Assembly: GCA_010909165.1 (NCBI GenBank)
Contig: MU008155.1
Location: 1,426,001-1,490,000, forward strand
Source of the DNA: Anthoceros angustus
Taxonomy: Eukaryota; Plantae; Anthocerotophyta
DNA: 64,000 nt
Direction: 5' to 3'
How positions within the stretch are numbered: the first letter of the stretch is position 1; each line of letters begins with the position of its first letter. Below the pieces are notes generated by a model, which did not search any database, was not told the origin of the DNA, and worked only from the letters and a program-made list of their open reading frames with translations. Below, piece after piece: positions 23,139-36,900 of the stretch. The translations under genes and the position numbers were made by a program.

Positions 23139-23843
23139 TCAAGCAGGGCCCAGAAGCTGCTGTTGCACACACAACAAGCAAAAACATAGGACCATCTGGC
23201 TCACCTCCACTTCGTAGTACAGCCTGCCGTCGTCGGCTGTCCTGGAGTTGACAGACACAATGTTGGACTCCCGTCTCACTCCTATTCTGGTGGACATGAA
23301 CTCGGTGAGGTACTGTTGCAGCACCTTCTTGCCAGCTTCCTGCGGAGTTCCCAGGTCTGCCACCCCTTTGTACCTGGAGGACGAAGGGGAGCTCACGTCC
23401 ACAATCACGTTCTCGTCCAGGTTGGTAGGAGCCCGGAAGAAGACATCCGCCCCCGCCCCCCGCACCTGCATCCAGTCCGCGGGAACGCTCAGCGAGTAGC
23501 CGTCGAATCTGTCCACATACTGCTTGTACCCGGGAACCGGAGCCGTAGCTGCCCCGGCTTCCCGCGGCAAACCCAACGCCAAAGAGCTCAGCCCCAGGCC
23601 CAGCAGCGAATGCAGCAGCTCTCGACGGGAAGCCAGCCCGAGAGATGGAGGCGGCGGCGGGGAAGCAGATGCCCTGACGCCCTTCTGCCGCCGGATAGCC
23701 GCCTCCCAAGTGCCCGGCAGCAGACACGGCCGACGGATGGCCCTGCCGGTGAGCCGGCCTGGATCCTGCCTCCCATTATTATGAGACAGCGGCAGGCTCC
23801 TTTGCATCTGCATCTGCGGTGCCGCCGCCGCCATCAGGATCAT
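22893..23843 (-). CDS. PPD1: PsbP domain-containing protein 1 (thylakoid lumen, PSI assembly); exons 23843-23205 and 23111-22893
   Basis: Twin-arginine lumenal signal SRRELL...AGA. Motifs DGYS..VP.DW.QVRGAGADVFFR, LDENV.V.VSSPSSS.YK...DLG.P.EAGKKVL.QYLTEFMSTRIGVRRESNI, DDGRLYYEVEVNVKSYANNNELAVMPQDRV..LEW.RRYL.VLGVENNRLY.LRLQTPE. GT-AG intron at 23204-23112. Confidence 0.93.
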
Positions 23844-24905
23844 CCTCTTTCACGGCAACCAGATCGTTGTGGTCGTTGGCTTCCTTCCGCCCAGCCCTCT
23901 GCGGACCGGAGTCACCGGACCCGGACCCAGACCCGGACCGAGTAAGCGGTGCTTCCAGGTAGCCTTCAACTGGCCTGGGCCAGACTCGCTAACTGGAGGG
24001 AAGGAAACCCGGTGCGGCGAGATTTCCGGGCTGTTAGTCTCTCCCCCGCAAGCCAATTGGCGTGACATCCCTCGCGCTCTCGCTTGGAGAGACGCCCACC
24101 AGCGTCCATGCATCGCTGGGTCATGCCCTGGTGGATTGGGGAGACGGATTCACTGATGGCGTGTCTTGGCGGGCTCTGAATCGTCTTCACCGCACTAAAT
24201 CTCCGTCTCCTGTCCCAAGGGAGCATCTTCCCGCCTCTCATGCTATATGCTTGGTTGTGCAAATTGTTCGACTGGTACTGGAATCGACGGTGGGGCTATT
24301 TTCCCGCCTTCTGCCTTCTGGTGGGCAACATGGGGCGGGGCTGTTTGTAGGAGGAGGAATCTGAGGACGACGCCTTCTGGCTACGCGGGGAGCTTGCTTT
24401 GCTTGTCTCTCATGCCGCTCGCTGTGGTCCCTGCCCTTCGTCTGTCATTTCCTGGGAGGATTTTCTTGTGTTTCAGCCTCATTTTCTTCTTTTCGTTTCT
24501 TCTCCAGATTCTTGTGTCTGTGCTCAAGTTTGTGTTTGTCTTCGTGCTCATTACCATGTGCCTGGCCCGGTAGGTCCTGGAGTCTGTCTGTCGGCAAGTC
24601 GTCTCAGATTTTTGGTGGGGAAGTTTGGTTGCCTGGGTTGGGATTGGAGCTGGGTTTTGTGAGTCGGCAAGATGAAGCGCGACCCTGAGCTGCTATCAGC
24701 TGGTTTGAGTCCTTCCTGGGGTTGGGTTGCCTCAACTGGCGCATGCGCATGCTTGACTGACGGTGTTGGAAATGCAGGAGACGAGTGCTGGGAGCGGTAC
24801 AGTTTTGATCATGGCCATGCCCCTGAGACTTGGTTGGCAGGAAGTTACAGGAAATCTATGGGCCTCACTTGTCGACTGTAGATTGTGCTGCGCATTTCTC
24901 TCATT

Positions 24906-27900
24906 ATGTCGAGGCGTGGCTCTGCCATGCAGCCCCCGGAGGAGCCGAGGCGTGCATCTGTGAAGCGGGCCTCTGAGGGGGATTCGAGAATGTCCGGCAA
25001 GAAGAGGGGCTCCTCCAATCAGGGAACAAGCGAGCAGATCAACAAAGCGGCCAATTCAGGGATGATGAACCCTATAATGAGGCGAGCTTCCTTTTGGGGG
25101 GAGGATGTGAACCCCATTGTCGGTGACATGAGGCGAGCTTCATTCTGGGGGGAAGAACCCAAGGGTCTCCGAGCCTCGCTTGCTGGGTTTTTTGAAGCGG
25201 CTAAAGAACCCTCTGCTGCTCGTGAATCCAGCAAGTCTCCCAGACCTACAGATGGAGCAGAGTCCAGCAGTCGACGGAGGTCAATGTCGGTGCATGCGAC
25301 TGATATGTCTCTCCTTGCACGGGATTCTCCTGTGGAAACGCCTGCAGTTGCAGCTGGAGAGCCATCTCAACCTCGCCGCTTGTCTCTATGGGCAGCAGAT
25401 GACTCTGCCCGAAGGCAGTCCGCAGTTTTGAGTCCGGATGAGGTGGGAAAAAGGAAGTCTATACTACTTGATGGGGATGAGATGACCAAGCGCAGGTCGG
25501 TTGTTCTAGGTGCTGATGATTTGGGAAAGAGGAAGTCAGTTGTTTTGGCAGCTGGTGAAGTTGCTGCACGGGCAGGGCAAGAAATCGCTAGGCGTGCGTC
25601 CATCAAGGCTTCTGATGCAGCAAAGGATCTTGAGCTTGGTCGAAGGTCCAGCCTTGGTGCTCTTGCCACCGACCGTCAACCAGCTGTTAAGAGACCTGTA
25701 TGTATCGAGCTATTTTCGTGAGCATCTTGTTCTTGTACAACAGGCAGCATGCTTCCTAAGTGGGATGATAAGCTCACCGTACTTCCAAGGCATGCAGGCA
25801 GATGATGGGGTGCTGGACTACTTTGAGCGATTGGAAGATGCAGTGAAGAAAAGAAAAGTGGTATGTCTATGCCTTCCACAGCTGCTGAGGAGGGATATGA
25901 ACTGTAGTTTGGATGCACTTCGTAAACCATAATTTTCATGGTCTCCCTGTGCCTGCGAATTCCGTGTTTGCTCCGTCTTATATGTGCGTGAATGGCTTGC
26001 TGATAGAGATGAGACCATTTTGCTTTCAGGCAGGCATCCGCTCTTCGCAGTTCCCTCCAGTTCTGAGTTTGGAAGCCTTGTTTACAAGGTCTATCCCAGC
26101 AGGGATCCACAGCCGTATGTACTGTCGGTCGCCTTCCAATCGAATAGGAACGTACAACAGGTGCACACTAGGATTTGGAGTCCTGGTTTTGTAAATCTGA
26201 CACGCTGCGCATTCTGTATGATGAAAATGCAACACTCTCTCCGTTGGAATGTAAAGGATGATCTAGAATGCTGACTGTGCAGCCTGTCATGGTTCTACAC
26301 TTCTTGGTGGTTAGTTTGTGTCCTCTAGCTGGTAACAAAGAACTGATGGAGGCAAGAATGTTCATTTCAGCCCTGAAGCGGCCAAGTTTGGCATACTCGA
26401 GCCAATAATCTATCCATGTACAATACCTCAACCGTCAACAGATGCGCCCACGGAGTTTCCGCCGCTGTGTGGTCACAATCCTATTTGGCAAAATCCTGAT
26501 CCCCATCCAGCCTATGAGGAAGTTCTTCAGCTGAGGCCAGAGATTGTCGCAACGAAGCGCGTTGATGTCATCATTGGGCCTGATGGGTTCCCAGCTCTTG
26601 CTCAATCCCCTGAAGCCAAAGCAGGACAGAGACCGCAGAATGTTCGAAAGAAATCGGGTTCGCCCATGCTGAGCAAGTACCCTCAACCAAAGGAGGAGTG
26701 GTTCTCAGAAGAAAAATATTATGCCACTGGAACTAGGCACAGTCTAAATCGACAGGTCTCTCTGGCAGGTTTGCGAGTATGCCTAAGCTGTTTTCGGTCT
26801 TCCTCTCATACTTGTGTTTCTTGGCTTGGCTCGGTATTTGCAAAGTTGCAGGCAAGGCAAACCTTGCTGCAAGGATCAACCGCCCTCGTCCACCGATTCT
26901 CTCCCACTGAACTTGGCTACCGGTGACTGCAGTGTTTCTGGGTAGTGCTCAGAACATCAAACCGACACCATTACTTGTTCCAAACGACAACGAAGATTAT
27001 GAGAGTAAATATGTACCGGAGGTTGTGACAACTCCTCGATCCCTGCATGCTGCTGCCGTGATGCCTGCGCAATCTGTGGGTCCAGCAAACGTTTTCAAAG
27101 CTGCAGAGGACATATTGAAATACCAGTACTATGTTGAGGATGGTATTGATGATGCAAACATCGCTCCAATAAATTCCAAATGGCTAGAAAAAGCACTGTC
27201 TATAGTGGGTGAGGATTCAAAGAAGGGGCTGACATCCGAGGTCGTGGAGCAAACACTTGAGGGGGGCATTCATGAGGTCAAGAATGTGTACCTGAATAGC
27301 ATGCGGAAAGCTATTGTGGACTACGTTTTGAAGGTGACCAGTTTGTTTTTTTGTGGGGAAGGCTGTGCTATCAAGTATTACACCCAAGCAGCGGCTGACA
27401 GCATACATACTTCTGTTTTCAGGATGAAGCTGAACGGCAGAGGTTGGGCCTTACTGACCTGGAAGACATTTTGCAAGTGTTGAGTATGGGTTACATGATG
27501 GGTGCAGACAAAACTGTCCAGATCCTGACTCCTGAGTGGCGGGAGGCGGTGGGTGATGCCCATGGCTCTGTGTCTGGCATTCTGCACCGACTTAGTCCTC
27601 TTGCCCTGGAGCTTGCTGCTCACTGGCAGACTAGTTATGCAAAGAAACTGTTCATTAATGTTGAAAGTAGCGGTTTTGTGAAAAATATTCCTTACGAAGT
27701 TTCTGCTTTCTGTGATAATCAAAAAAGCTGTTCCGCCAGTGTTAGGGATGCTATTGAACAGGAGTGGATTCCAAAATGTGCAAGCTTTTTTGAGCTGGCA
27801 ACACCATTGCCACCAAATGAAGATCTCATCGGATTTTACGAAGCCATGGCCATGCTCATGAGCAATCAAATTCGGAAGCTTACAGAAGACTCGATCATTA

Positions 27901-30900
27901 GTTTCACCAAGTTTATCGGTCTGTACGTCAATCAGGAAGTTGCTGCAACCCTTCCCGAGGAAGAGTTGCCCCCTGAAACTCCCTCAACTGACAGTGGTAG
28001 AGACACATCAAGATCTGAGGAGTTGAACGAGCTGTTTATTACTATTGTTGAAGAAGTAGAACCCAAAATTCCTCCTTTCTTTGTCCACCTAATAAATACA
28101 GATGGGAAGTACAGGTACACAATCAGGGGACAGTTGCAGCATGATGGTTAAAAAGTAAGCTTTCTGCTGTACTGAAGTGAAGATTGTGTCTTTGAAATTG
28201 CTCTGTCAGCGTGCATCCTTCTTTCCCGGAAATTGAGGCAAGCATGATGGGCGTTCTTGATTATGCTGTAACTCAAGGCCAAAAAATCAAGCGTGTGGAT
28301 GCAGAGCAACTTGAGCCACCTCATAACACTCTACAAAGCATGTTTTTGAATGATGAGCTCGTTACAGCAGCAAAACGCCACATCAGGCAGGTGCTCCCTC
28401 TCTCACTGTTTTCTCAGCTCTGAGAAGCCGCAGGTGTCAATCTGGAGACGGCAGTACCTGGGTTTGTCCGCACAGGCAGAGATTGACGAACTCCTGCATT
28501 TCTACATGGTCTTTTCTGTGCTTTTCTGTGTCTCTTGATGGCCCCGCTAGCATTTTCAAGAAACATGCACACGTTTTCTTGATGACAGTTATATGTGCAA
28601 GGACATTATTTGAGTAATGCAGGTGTTATCCTTTCCGTTTCCTTTGCTTGTGAGTGCGTTACAGGTGGTTCGATCAAATGCAAATGGTCCGGAGATTGTT
28701 TTGCAATTATTTGAGAAGTTCAAGGAGCTGGCAGAACTTAATGGTGAAGTTCATGTCAAGGAGTTTGGTTTGCTGGAGAAGCCTCTGTTCGATTACAAGC
28801 AGGAGATTGACAGTTTCATGGCGAAAGCAAAAGAAGCTGAGTTGACAAGCCCAAATGAAGTTGATGATGGGTTTGTAAGGATTATGACGGACAAGTTTAA
28901 GGACTCGTTTATTAACAAGGCGAAGCATGTCTGTAATCTCCTGAAAGCACAGGTAATGCATATGAGGTGTTCAGACCTTGACCTATTCATTTGTCTGGTG
29001 CAGGCAGGACCATCTCATAGAGTTCATGTGTTTCTTCAGGTTCTTGGTGTTATGACTTTCAACAATAAAGATGTTTGTGAACGGAATGAAAAGATTGCAC
29101 AGGAGATCGTTAAGGTGCCAAGTAACTCTGAGGAAGCTGTGACGCTTCGCAAGTGAGTACACCTGTAGTTTGTGTGAGACAAGTGTGTACCAAGACATGA
29201 GTAGTTTTCTCTCATTTCTAGACATTCTTCTGTCTTTAACCATTCTCTGTGTTCATAGTTCTCTCTATTGTCTTGTTTGCTCTTTAGATTTCTCTTAGCT
29301 ACTCCAATTGAAATTGGAATTGTGGAGAAGACAATACAGGAATGCAAACAACGAGAACAGTTCCTTGAGCAGCAACTCTTTAACATTCCCGAGGATGAAT
29401 TCAAGGTTATGATGCTTGCTTATGAATGGCCAAAGCGTATCAAAGCTATTATTGACGTGCACAGCAAAAGGATCACTGATGAATATGAAGCCTACGAAGC
29501 AAGTTTGAAAAAGAGGCGCGCAAATTTTTTGGTACTTTTGGAGACGTAGGTGTTCCTTTGCGAACTCTGAGGCTTTGTGACTCATCTGTTTGTATGATTG
29601 AGTGCTTCCAGAGGATGCAGTCACCTTTGAGTTTTTGGTTCTAAACTCATCTTAGCGGTTAAACAGGGTCACCACAAGAAGCAGGTCGCTAGTCAATGCT
29701 CCTGAGCTTGATTCTCGTCGACTAACAGGAAGCATTATTTTCTGTAGGTATGCTGCTCAGGTGAAGGAATATGAGAACTTTGGTGACATGGAGCACAGTG
29801 AGGAGCATGCCCATGCTGCCAAGGTTTTCTTCCACCACCATGAAGCCCTTTGAAAAGTTGAGGATGTTTTGCAACCTGATTAACGTGGAAATGGTCGATC
29901 TGCAGGAACTTTCACACAATCTGGAAGAGGCACAAAATACTTCAGAGTCTATTAATGCTGAGGAGGTGCTATTTGGGATGCCACCAACGCGTTTCCCTCA
30001 AATACAACTGATGACCTCGCAATTCGAGCCCTTTTTGAAGCTGTGGAGTATTGCTGACGGGTTCAAGAAGAATGAGGAGGAGTGGATGGTTACAAACTTC
30101 TCTTCTCTCGACGTGGAGAAGATCGAGGCAGAGGTGTGATCAAAGTCGAGTTACTCCATGTTTGAGTCAGAGTGTCCAATTATGTATGGTGTTCAGTCAT
30201 TGACTTCAGGCTTTGATGTCTGCAGGTCCTAACTATGTGGAGAGTGGTCTTCAAGCTTACCAAGCAGTTTGGTGAAACTTTACCAGAGCCAGGAAGAGTT
30301 GCCGTGGCATTGCAGTTGCTGATTGACCGTTTCAAAGAGAGTCTGCCCCTGTTTCGTTGCCTGTGCAATCCTGGTGGGAATTGCCCCCTTTTTTCTTGCT
30401 CTGCATCTCTTTTTGCGGGCTCACAACTTCTAACGATGTGCAGAAAACTCTGATTCCTTTGGCTGAAAATCTACCTATTTTTAGTTGAAAGTATAATCTT
30501 CGAGAGTGTGTGCAGGTCTTCGAGATCGTCACTTCAAGCAAATTTCTGATGTTATTGGCTTTTCACTGGAACGAGATGATGGAACATGCTTCAGACAGCT
30601 GCTGAGACTTCAGGTGTGAATTCACTGTATCTGATATGGTCATGCTATGAGCATGACATACCAACTGTATGCACAACACAAAACTTGGGTTCGCGATGTG
30701 CTGATCAGTAAAGCACTGGCAGGTTGATGAGCACTTAATCAAGTTGGATGAAATCAGCGAATTTGCCAGCAAAGAATATGCATTAGAAAGGAACCTGGAC
30801 ACGATGGAGGCCGACTGGAAGCCCATCAAATTCGAGGTAAGTAATCCTGTGGCTTACACCTGGAGACCAGCGGTTGACTAAATTGCCTAGTTACAAATAT

Positions 30901-33900
30901 TGAAAATAGATCTATGGCCTGGTCTGCTGTTATTAACCTGCTGACTTGCCATCCTTTGCAGAGCTCTCTGTATAAGAACACGGGTACATACATTCTCAAG
31001 GGTGGGCCTATTGAGGAGGCCCAGCTTTTACTCGATGAGCATGTTGTCAAAACTCAAAACATGCTTGCCTCTGCCTTCGCTGCTCCATTTGCAGACCGCT
31101 TGAATGCTTGGAACAAAAAGGTTTGCTCATCTATCTTTCACACAACTCGAGATCAAATTTAACAAGAAGAGTGCGCGTCATCACACAAGCAATACCAGAA
31201 GGAACATGATGTCACATGTAGAGTGTTGTAACATTTTGGATCAAACAGGTGACAAACATGCAGCTGATCCTGGTGGAATGGCTGAAGATGCAAGCAGCTT
31301 GGATGTATTTGGAGCCTATATTTGGCTCAGAAGATATCATGGCACAAATGCCCAAGGAAGGTGGTCTATTTCATGGTGTGGACAGGGTTTGGCGAGTAAT
31401 CATTGAAGCAGCCAGAAAAACGGAACAGATGTTGGATGTAAGTTTAAGTATGTTGCAAACTCCGCATGGTGGTGTTACGCTGGTGTTGTGGAAATGGTGG
31501 GACTTTCTGTAATACTGGGCTAGTCAATCTGCAGGCTACAGACATACCTAACATACTTGAAGATCTCAGGACCAGCAATGTAGCATTGGACCAGGTTGAC
31601 AAAGGTCTCAACTACTATTTGGAGACAAAGCGTTTAGCCTTTCCACGTTTCTTTTTCCTTTCAAATGATGAGCTTCTGGAGATCCTCTCGGAAACAAAGG
31701 ATCCACTAAGGGTTCAGCCATTTCTCAAGAAATGCTTTGAGGGGATCAATACCCTCGAGTTCAAGCCCAATTTGGACATTATTGCCATGAAAAGTGTTGA
31801 GAAAGAACGAGTGGAGTTTACACGAACATCAAATCCGAAGTCTGCTGGTGGACAAGTTGAAAACTGGCTGATCGAGGTTGAAAAGATGATGCGAGAATGC
31901 CTGAGGGTTGTATTCCATCTGGTTCTCTTCATTGTCGCACTTTTGCTAAACTGGGGATCTGAGGGTTGGCATTGGAGGGTCAACATTCTTCTCCATTTAC
32001 CTCTATGTGATGCCCAGCCTGCAGGTATTTTCTCGTCGCTGTCTTTCAAACTAGGCTAATGCCTGCATTGATCTGTTCCAGGCTATAGTTAAGAGGGCTG
32101 CAGCAGACTATACGATTGTGCCTCGAAAAGAGTGGATTCTGAGATGGCCTGGAATGATTGTGCTGTGTGGGTCACAAATATATTGGACTCAAGAAGTGGT
32201 TGATGCGATTCGTGGTGGGGGTCAGATGCTTGCAAGCTATGAAGAGAAGTGCACTGATCAGCTTCAAGATCTCGTTAAACTGGTATACTTTCAGTTTTAC
32301 ACTCAAGACAGCAAAGGGAGAATTCTATGAAGCCAAACTCCATACTTGACAAGTATGGCATGCTGTCAGGTGCGCGGAGAGCTTACTAACATGGAGAGGC
32401 TGACAATTGGAGCATTGGTGGTTATCGATGTGCATGCCAGGGACGTGGTAACCTCCTTGAAGGAGAAAGGGATACAAAATGAAACAGATTTTGAATGGCT
32501 CAGTCAGCTCAGATATGACCTTGAAGATGGGGAGGTGTGTTATCTTGTTGGGTGTCAATTTCACCCCTTTGGTACCTAAGTAACACTTCAAACTCACTTT
32601 TCTGTTTTCCACAGGTCAAAGTCAAGATGGTTAATGCTATTCGCAACTATGGCTATGAGTATCTAGGAAACAGCAGTCGTTTGGTCATTACTCCTCTGAC
32701 TGATAGGTGCTATAGAACACTTATGGGGGCATTACATCTTAATCTTGGTGGAGCTCCGGAAGGCCCTGCAGGCACAGGGAAGACTGAGACTACAAAAGAT
32801 CTGGCAAAGGTAGATTTCTCTTAAACAAGGTCCGACTTTTGGTCTCTTTATATCTCTGGTTCTTCTAACCCAACCACTTTTTCTGTCAACAGGCTCTGGC
32901 TATGCAGTGTGTTGTGTTCAACTGTTCAGACGGGCTTGACTATCTTGCAATGGGCAAGTTTTTCAAAGGACTCGCGGCATCTGGAGCGTGGGCATGTTTT
33001 GATGAATTCAACCGTATAGACCTCGAAGTGCTGTCCGTGATAGCTCAACAGATACTAACTATCCAAAGGGCTATCATGGCTGGAGTGAAGAGGTTCATGT
33101 TTGAGGGCACTGATCTTCCCTTAATACCAACTTGTACAAGCTTCATAACTATGAATCCAGGCTATGCTGGGAGATCTGAATTACCAGACAATCTTAAGGC
33201 ACTGTTTAGAACAGTGGCAATGATGGTTCCAAATTATGCCATGATTGGGTAGGATGTTTTTTCTTCGGCGTCGATAATGCAGTCAAAGTGTATCCCTTAT
33301 TGCTGCTAATTCCTGCAATGACTTACTAGTCTGCTTGTGGTCTCACTACCTTGTCTGTAAATTTTGCTCCGTAACTTTTGTGGAGGATAGTGACTGATGG
33401 CTGGCTTTTCAGTGAGATCACGTTGTACTCCTTCGGGTACAGTTCGGCCAGAGATATGGCAAGGAAATTGGTAGCCACATATCGGTTGTGCAGTGAGCAA
33501 CTTTCTTCTCAGGTTCTCTATCTATGATGTTTCCATAGCTTGTAGCCTGTTGTAAAATCCCAACACATGTTAAACCTATTCTGGATTCCTCTCTACCTAG
33601 GATCACTATGACTATGGTATGAGAGCAGTCATAGCAGTGCTAAGAGCAGCAGGAAATCTGAAAAGGAAGTATCGAAATGAGGACGAAGCTGTCCTAGTTC
33701 TCCGAGCCATTCGAGATGTCAATTTGCCAAAATTTTTGTCACATGACATTCCCCTGTTTGAGGGCATAATGTCTGATCTATTTCCTGGGGTGGTAAGTGT
33801 TGGCTTTTCTGGTCTATATGACTTCTATGACTTCAGAGGTACTATGACTTCTGTTGAAAGCCTACTTAGATCTGCACTGTATGCAATGAAATTTCACCAA

Positions 33901-36900
33901 CACTGTCTAAATGGAGGTGTAGTGCATATTGGCCATCTTTCCTAGCTAATGTCAACTGTTTGTACATATCCATACTCAGTTGTCCCCAAGGCATCAACTT
34001 ATGCGTGAATTGTCTGTGAATCTGCGCAGGTTCTTCCAGCTCCGGAGTATGATACTTTTCATGCAGCAATACGAGCCAACTGTGACAAAATGAACTTGAT
34101 TTCTACTGAAGTTTTTATGCGTAAAGTTATGGAGCTCTATGAAATGATAGTTGTGCGGCATGGGCTTATGTTGGTTGGGTTTTCCTTTGGTGCCAAATCT
34201 TGCATGTACAAAGTGCTTGCAGCCGTTCTGGGTGATTTGTGCGCACAAAATCTGAATGGAGAACAATTGACACGGTATGCTGTCTTCTTTTGAGAAATTC
34301 TAAGCACTCGGAAAGTGTTGCAATCAGGTAACGTTCAGATTGCTAATGGTCTCTCCCTCTCTCCCCACCCCCCTCTTTCATTGGCCAGTTATGATGTCTT
34401 GAATCCAAAGTCTATTACAATGGGACAACTATATGGCCAGTTTGACCCAGTTTCACATGAGTGGACTGATGGTGTTTTAGCAACAACGTTCCGGAGACAG
34501 GCAAATGACACGCTTCCGGATAGGAAATGGCTTATATTTGATGGCCCTGTGGATGCTATCTGGATAGAAAATATGAACACAGTAAGTGTTACATTTTCCT
34601 TACCATCCTGTGTGGACAGTCTTTTAGTATGTGTTGGAGCCAGCTACTCCTAGTTCCTAACTGTGTGATACTTGATGGCTAGCTAGGTGCTGGACGATAA
34701 CAAGAAACTATGTCTGATGAGTGGCGAGATCATCCAGATGTGTGCACCAATGAATTTGATTTTTGAAGTTCAGGATTTGGCCGCTGCTTCACCTGCTACG
34801 GTTTCACGGTGTGGCATGGTTTATGTTGAGCCTTCTGCAATGGGATGGCGCCCTATTTTGCAATCATGGCTGACGCTCCTTCCGGAGACCTTAGATGGAA
34901 AGTGGAAGGAACAGATTGCTAAGTTATGCGAGTGGCTACTGCCACCTTGCTTGCGCTGTGTGCAGAAAAATTGCAAGCTTGTGATGCCCATGCAGGTGAT
35001 TATTTAGGTGGATCAAGTGGATTCCGGGGGCGGGGAGGGGAGGAGAAGGCGCGCTTTGTTGATGCTTACTACTGTAGATTATCAAGCAGTTTGAATTGCT
35101 GTCAAATCTGTTGACTTTGGGATTGATGTCAGCTCTGACGTGTGTTTTCAGGAACACAATATGGTGCAGGGACTACTTCGTATCTTCATGTGCCTTGTGG
35201 ACCCTGAGCTGCTAGATAGTGTGTTCTCCCCTCTCCCCTGTACTTGAGATATTTTTAGGGTGTGATACGGCTCTTAACTGATGAGCCAGCACATTTTTAA
35301 ATCAACTTTTCACTGTGGTTTCTGCTGCAGAGATCACATCAGATAAGATGGAACAAAATCTGAAAACAACTTGGATAGATTGCATTTTCCTCTTCTCCTT
35401 GGTGTGGTCTGTGGGTGCATGTGTTGATATGGCAGACCGTCCAAAATTTGATTTCCTCCTAAGGAAAGTCATAGTAAGTGGTCCTGTGCTTGAGAATCCT
35501 ATTGTGACTGTGCTGCTTGTGACCCGCTCGGAAAGGGTTGGGCTCATTTGGCGAAGCTGATTACAGGCAAACCAACCTCCAGAGGAATACAAGCCTTTCA
35601 TAACTGTGCCTGCTCGCAAAATGGCTTTGAATATACCTGACGGCAAGCCAGTCTACGATTTCTTGTTTAGGAAAGACAGAGCTAAGTGGGCCCTATGGAT
35701 GGACTTGGTGGATGACAACATGCCGAACTTAGATGCAGATTTTGTGAAGATAATTGTTCCTACCGCAGACTCTACTAAGTATACGTTCATTATGGATGCT
35801 CTTGTCAAACATAATCTGCCTCTGCTTCTGGCTGGACCAACGGGCACAGGAAAAACAGTGTACATCAAACAGTATCTAGTGAAGCTAGATCCGGCAAAGT
35901 AATCCAGACTTGCGACCTGACAGGTTTCTGGGAATCTGGATTTGGGCCAGTAAGCTACTTTATAAGTCTGATTCGATTGTACTTTTGGCAGGTACCAGTC
36001 TATGTTTTTCAACTTTTCAGCACAAACTAGTGCGAACCAGACTCAAGATATCATTGATGGAAAGCTCATAAAGAGAAAACCAGGAATCTTTGGACCACAA
36101 AAAGGGAAACGGTGTATGATATTTGTGGATGATCTCAGCATGCCAGCCCTGGAAAAATATGGAGCTCAGCCACCGATTGAACTTCTACGCCAGTGGATGG
36201 ATCACCAGGGCTGGTAGGCTTTCAAATGCTTACGTACGTCAGTGTTTAGGTCCATTCTCTCAGTATGATATCTTCTCACTCCAGGGGTAGGATATGCTTT
36301 ACAGGTATGACCGGACAGATCTCTCATTCAGAAGGATTGAGGATGTGCAATTTATATCAGCTATGGGTCCGCCAGGAGGTGGAAGGAACCCTGTCACAAA
36401 TCGTTACTTGAGGCACTACAACGTTGTGTGTGTGACTGCTTTCTCTGACATGACAATGAACAGGTGTTTTGTCCCAGCCTAAACCTTTTTGACATGAAAT
36501 CTCTCAATTGCTTTCTGTTTGACTTTTTTGGAAATGGATTAACACAAGGGTTGCATTTATGCAGAATTTTTACAAATCTTGTTGATTTCTGGATGAAACG
36601 AGCTAGATACTCAGCAAACATAACTAAGCTGAAAAGCCCAATGGTATCTGCAACCATTGACATATATCAGACAGTTCAAAGGGAGCTTTTGCCAACACCA
36701 GAAAAATCTCATTACACATACAATCTCAGGGACCTTGGAAAAGTATGTCAGTGCATAGATCTAAAGTAGGCAGGGTTCATTTTGGCTTGGGTTGAGCACA
36801 AACCTTTATTAACCCTGTTCAACGGCTCAGGTATTTCTCGGTTTACAATTTGCACCAGTGGATACAGACGACACCTTTAAGATGATTCGACTGTGGTGTA

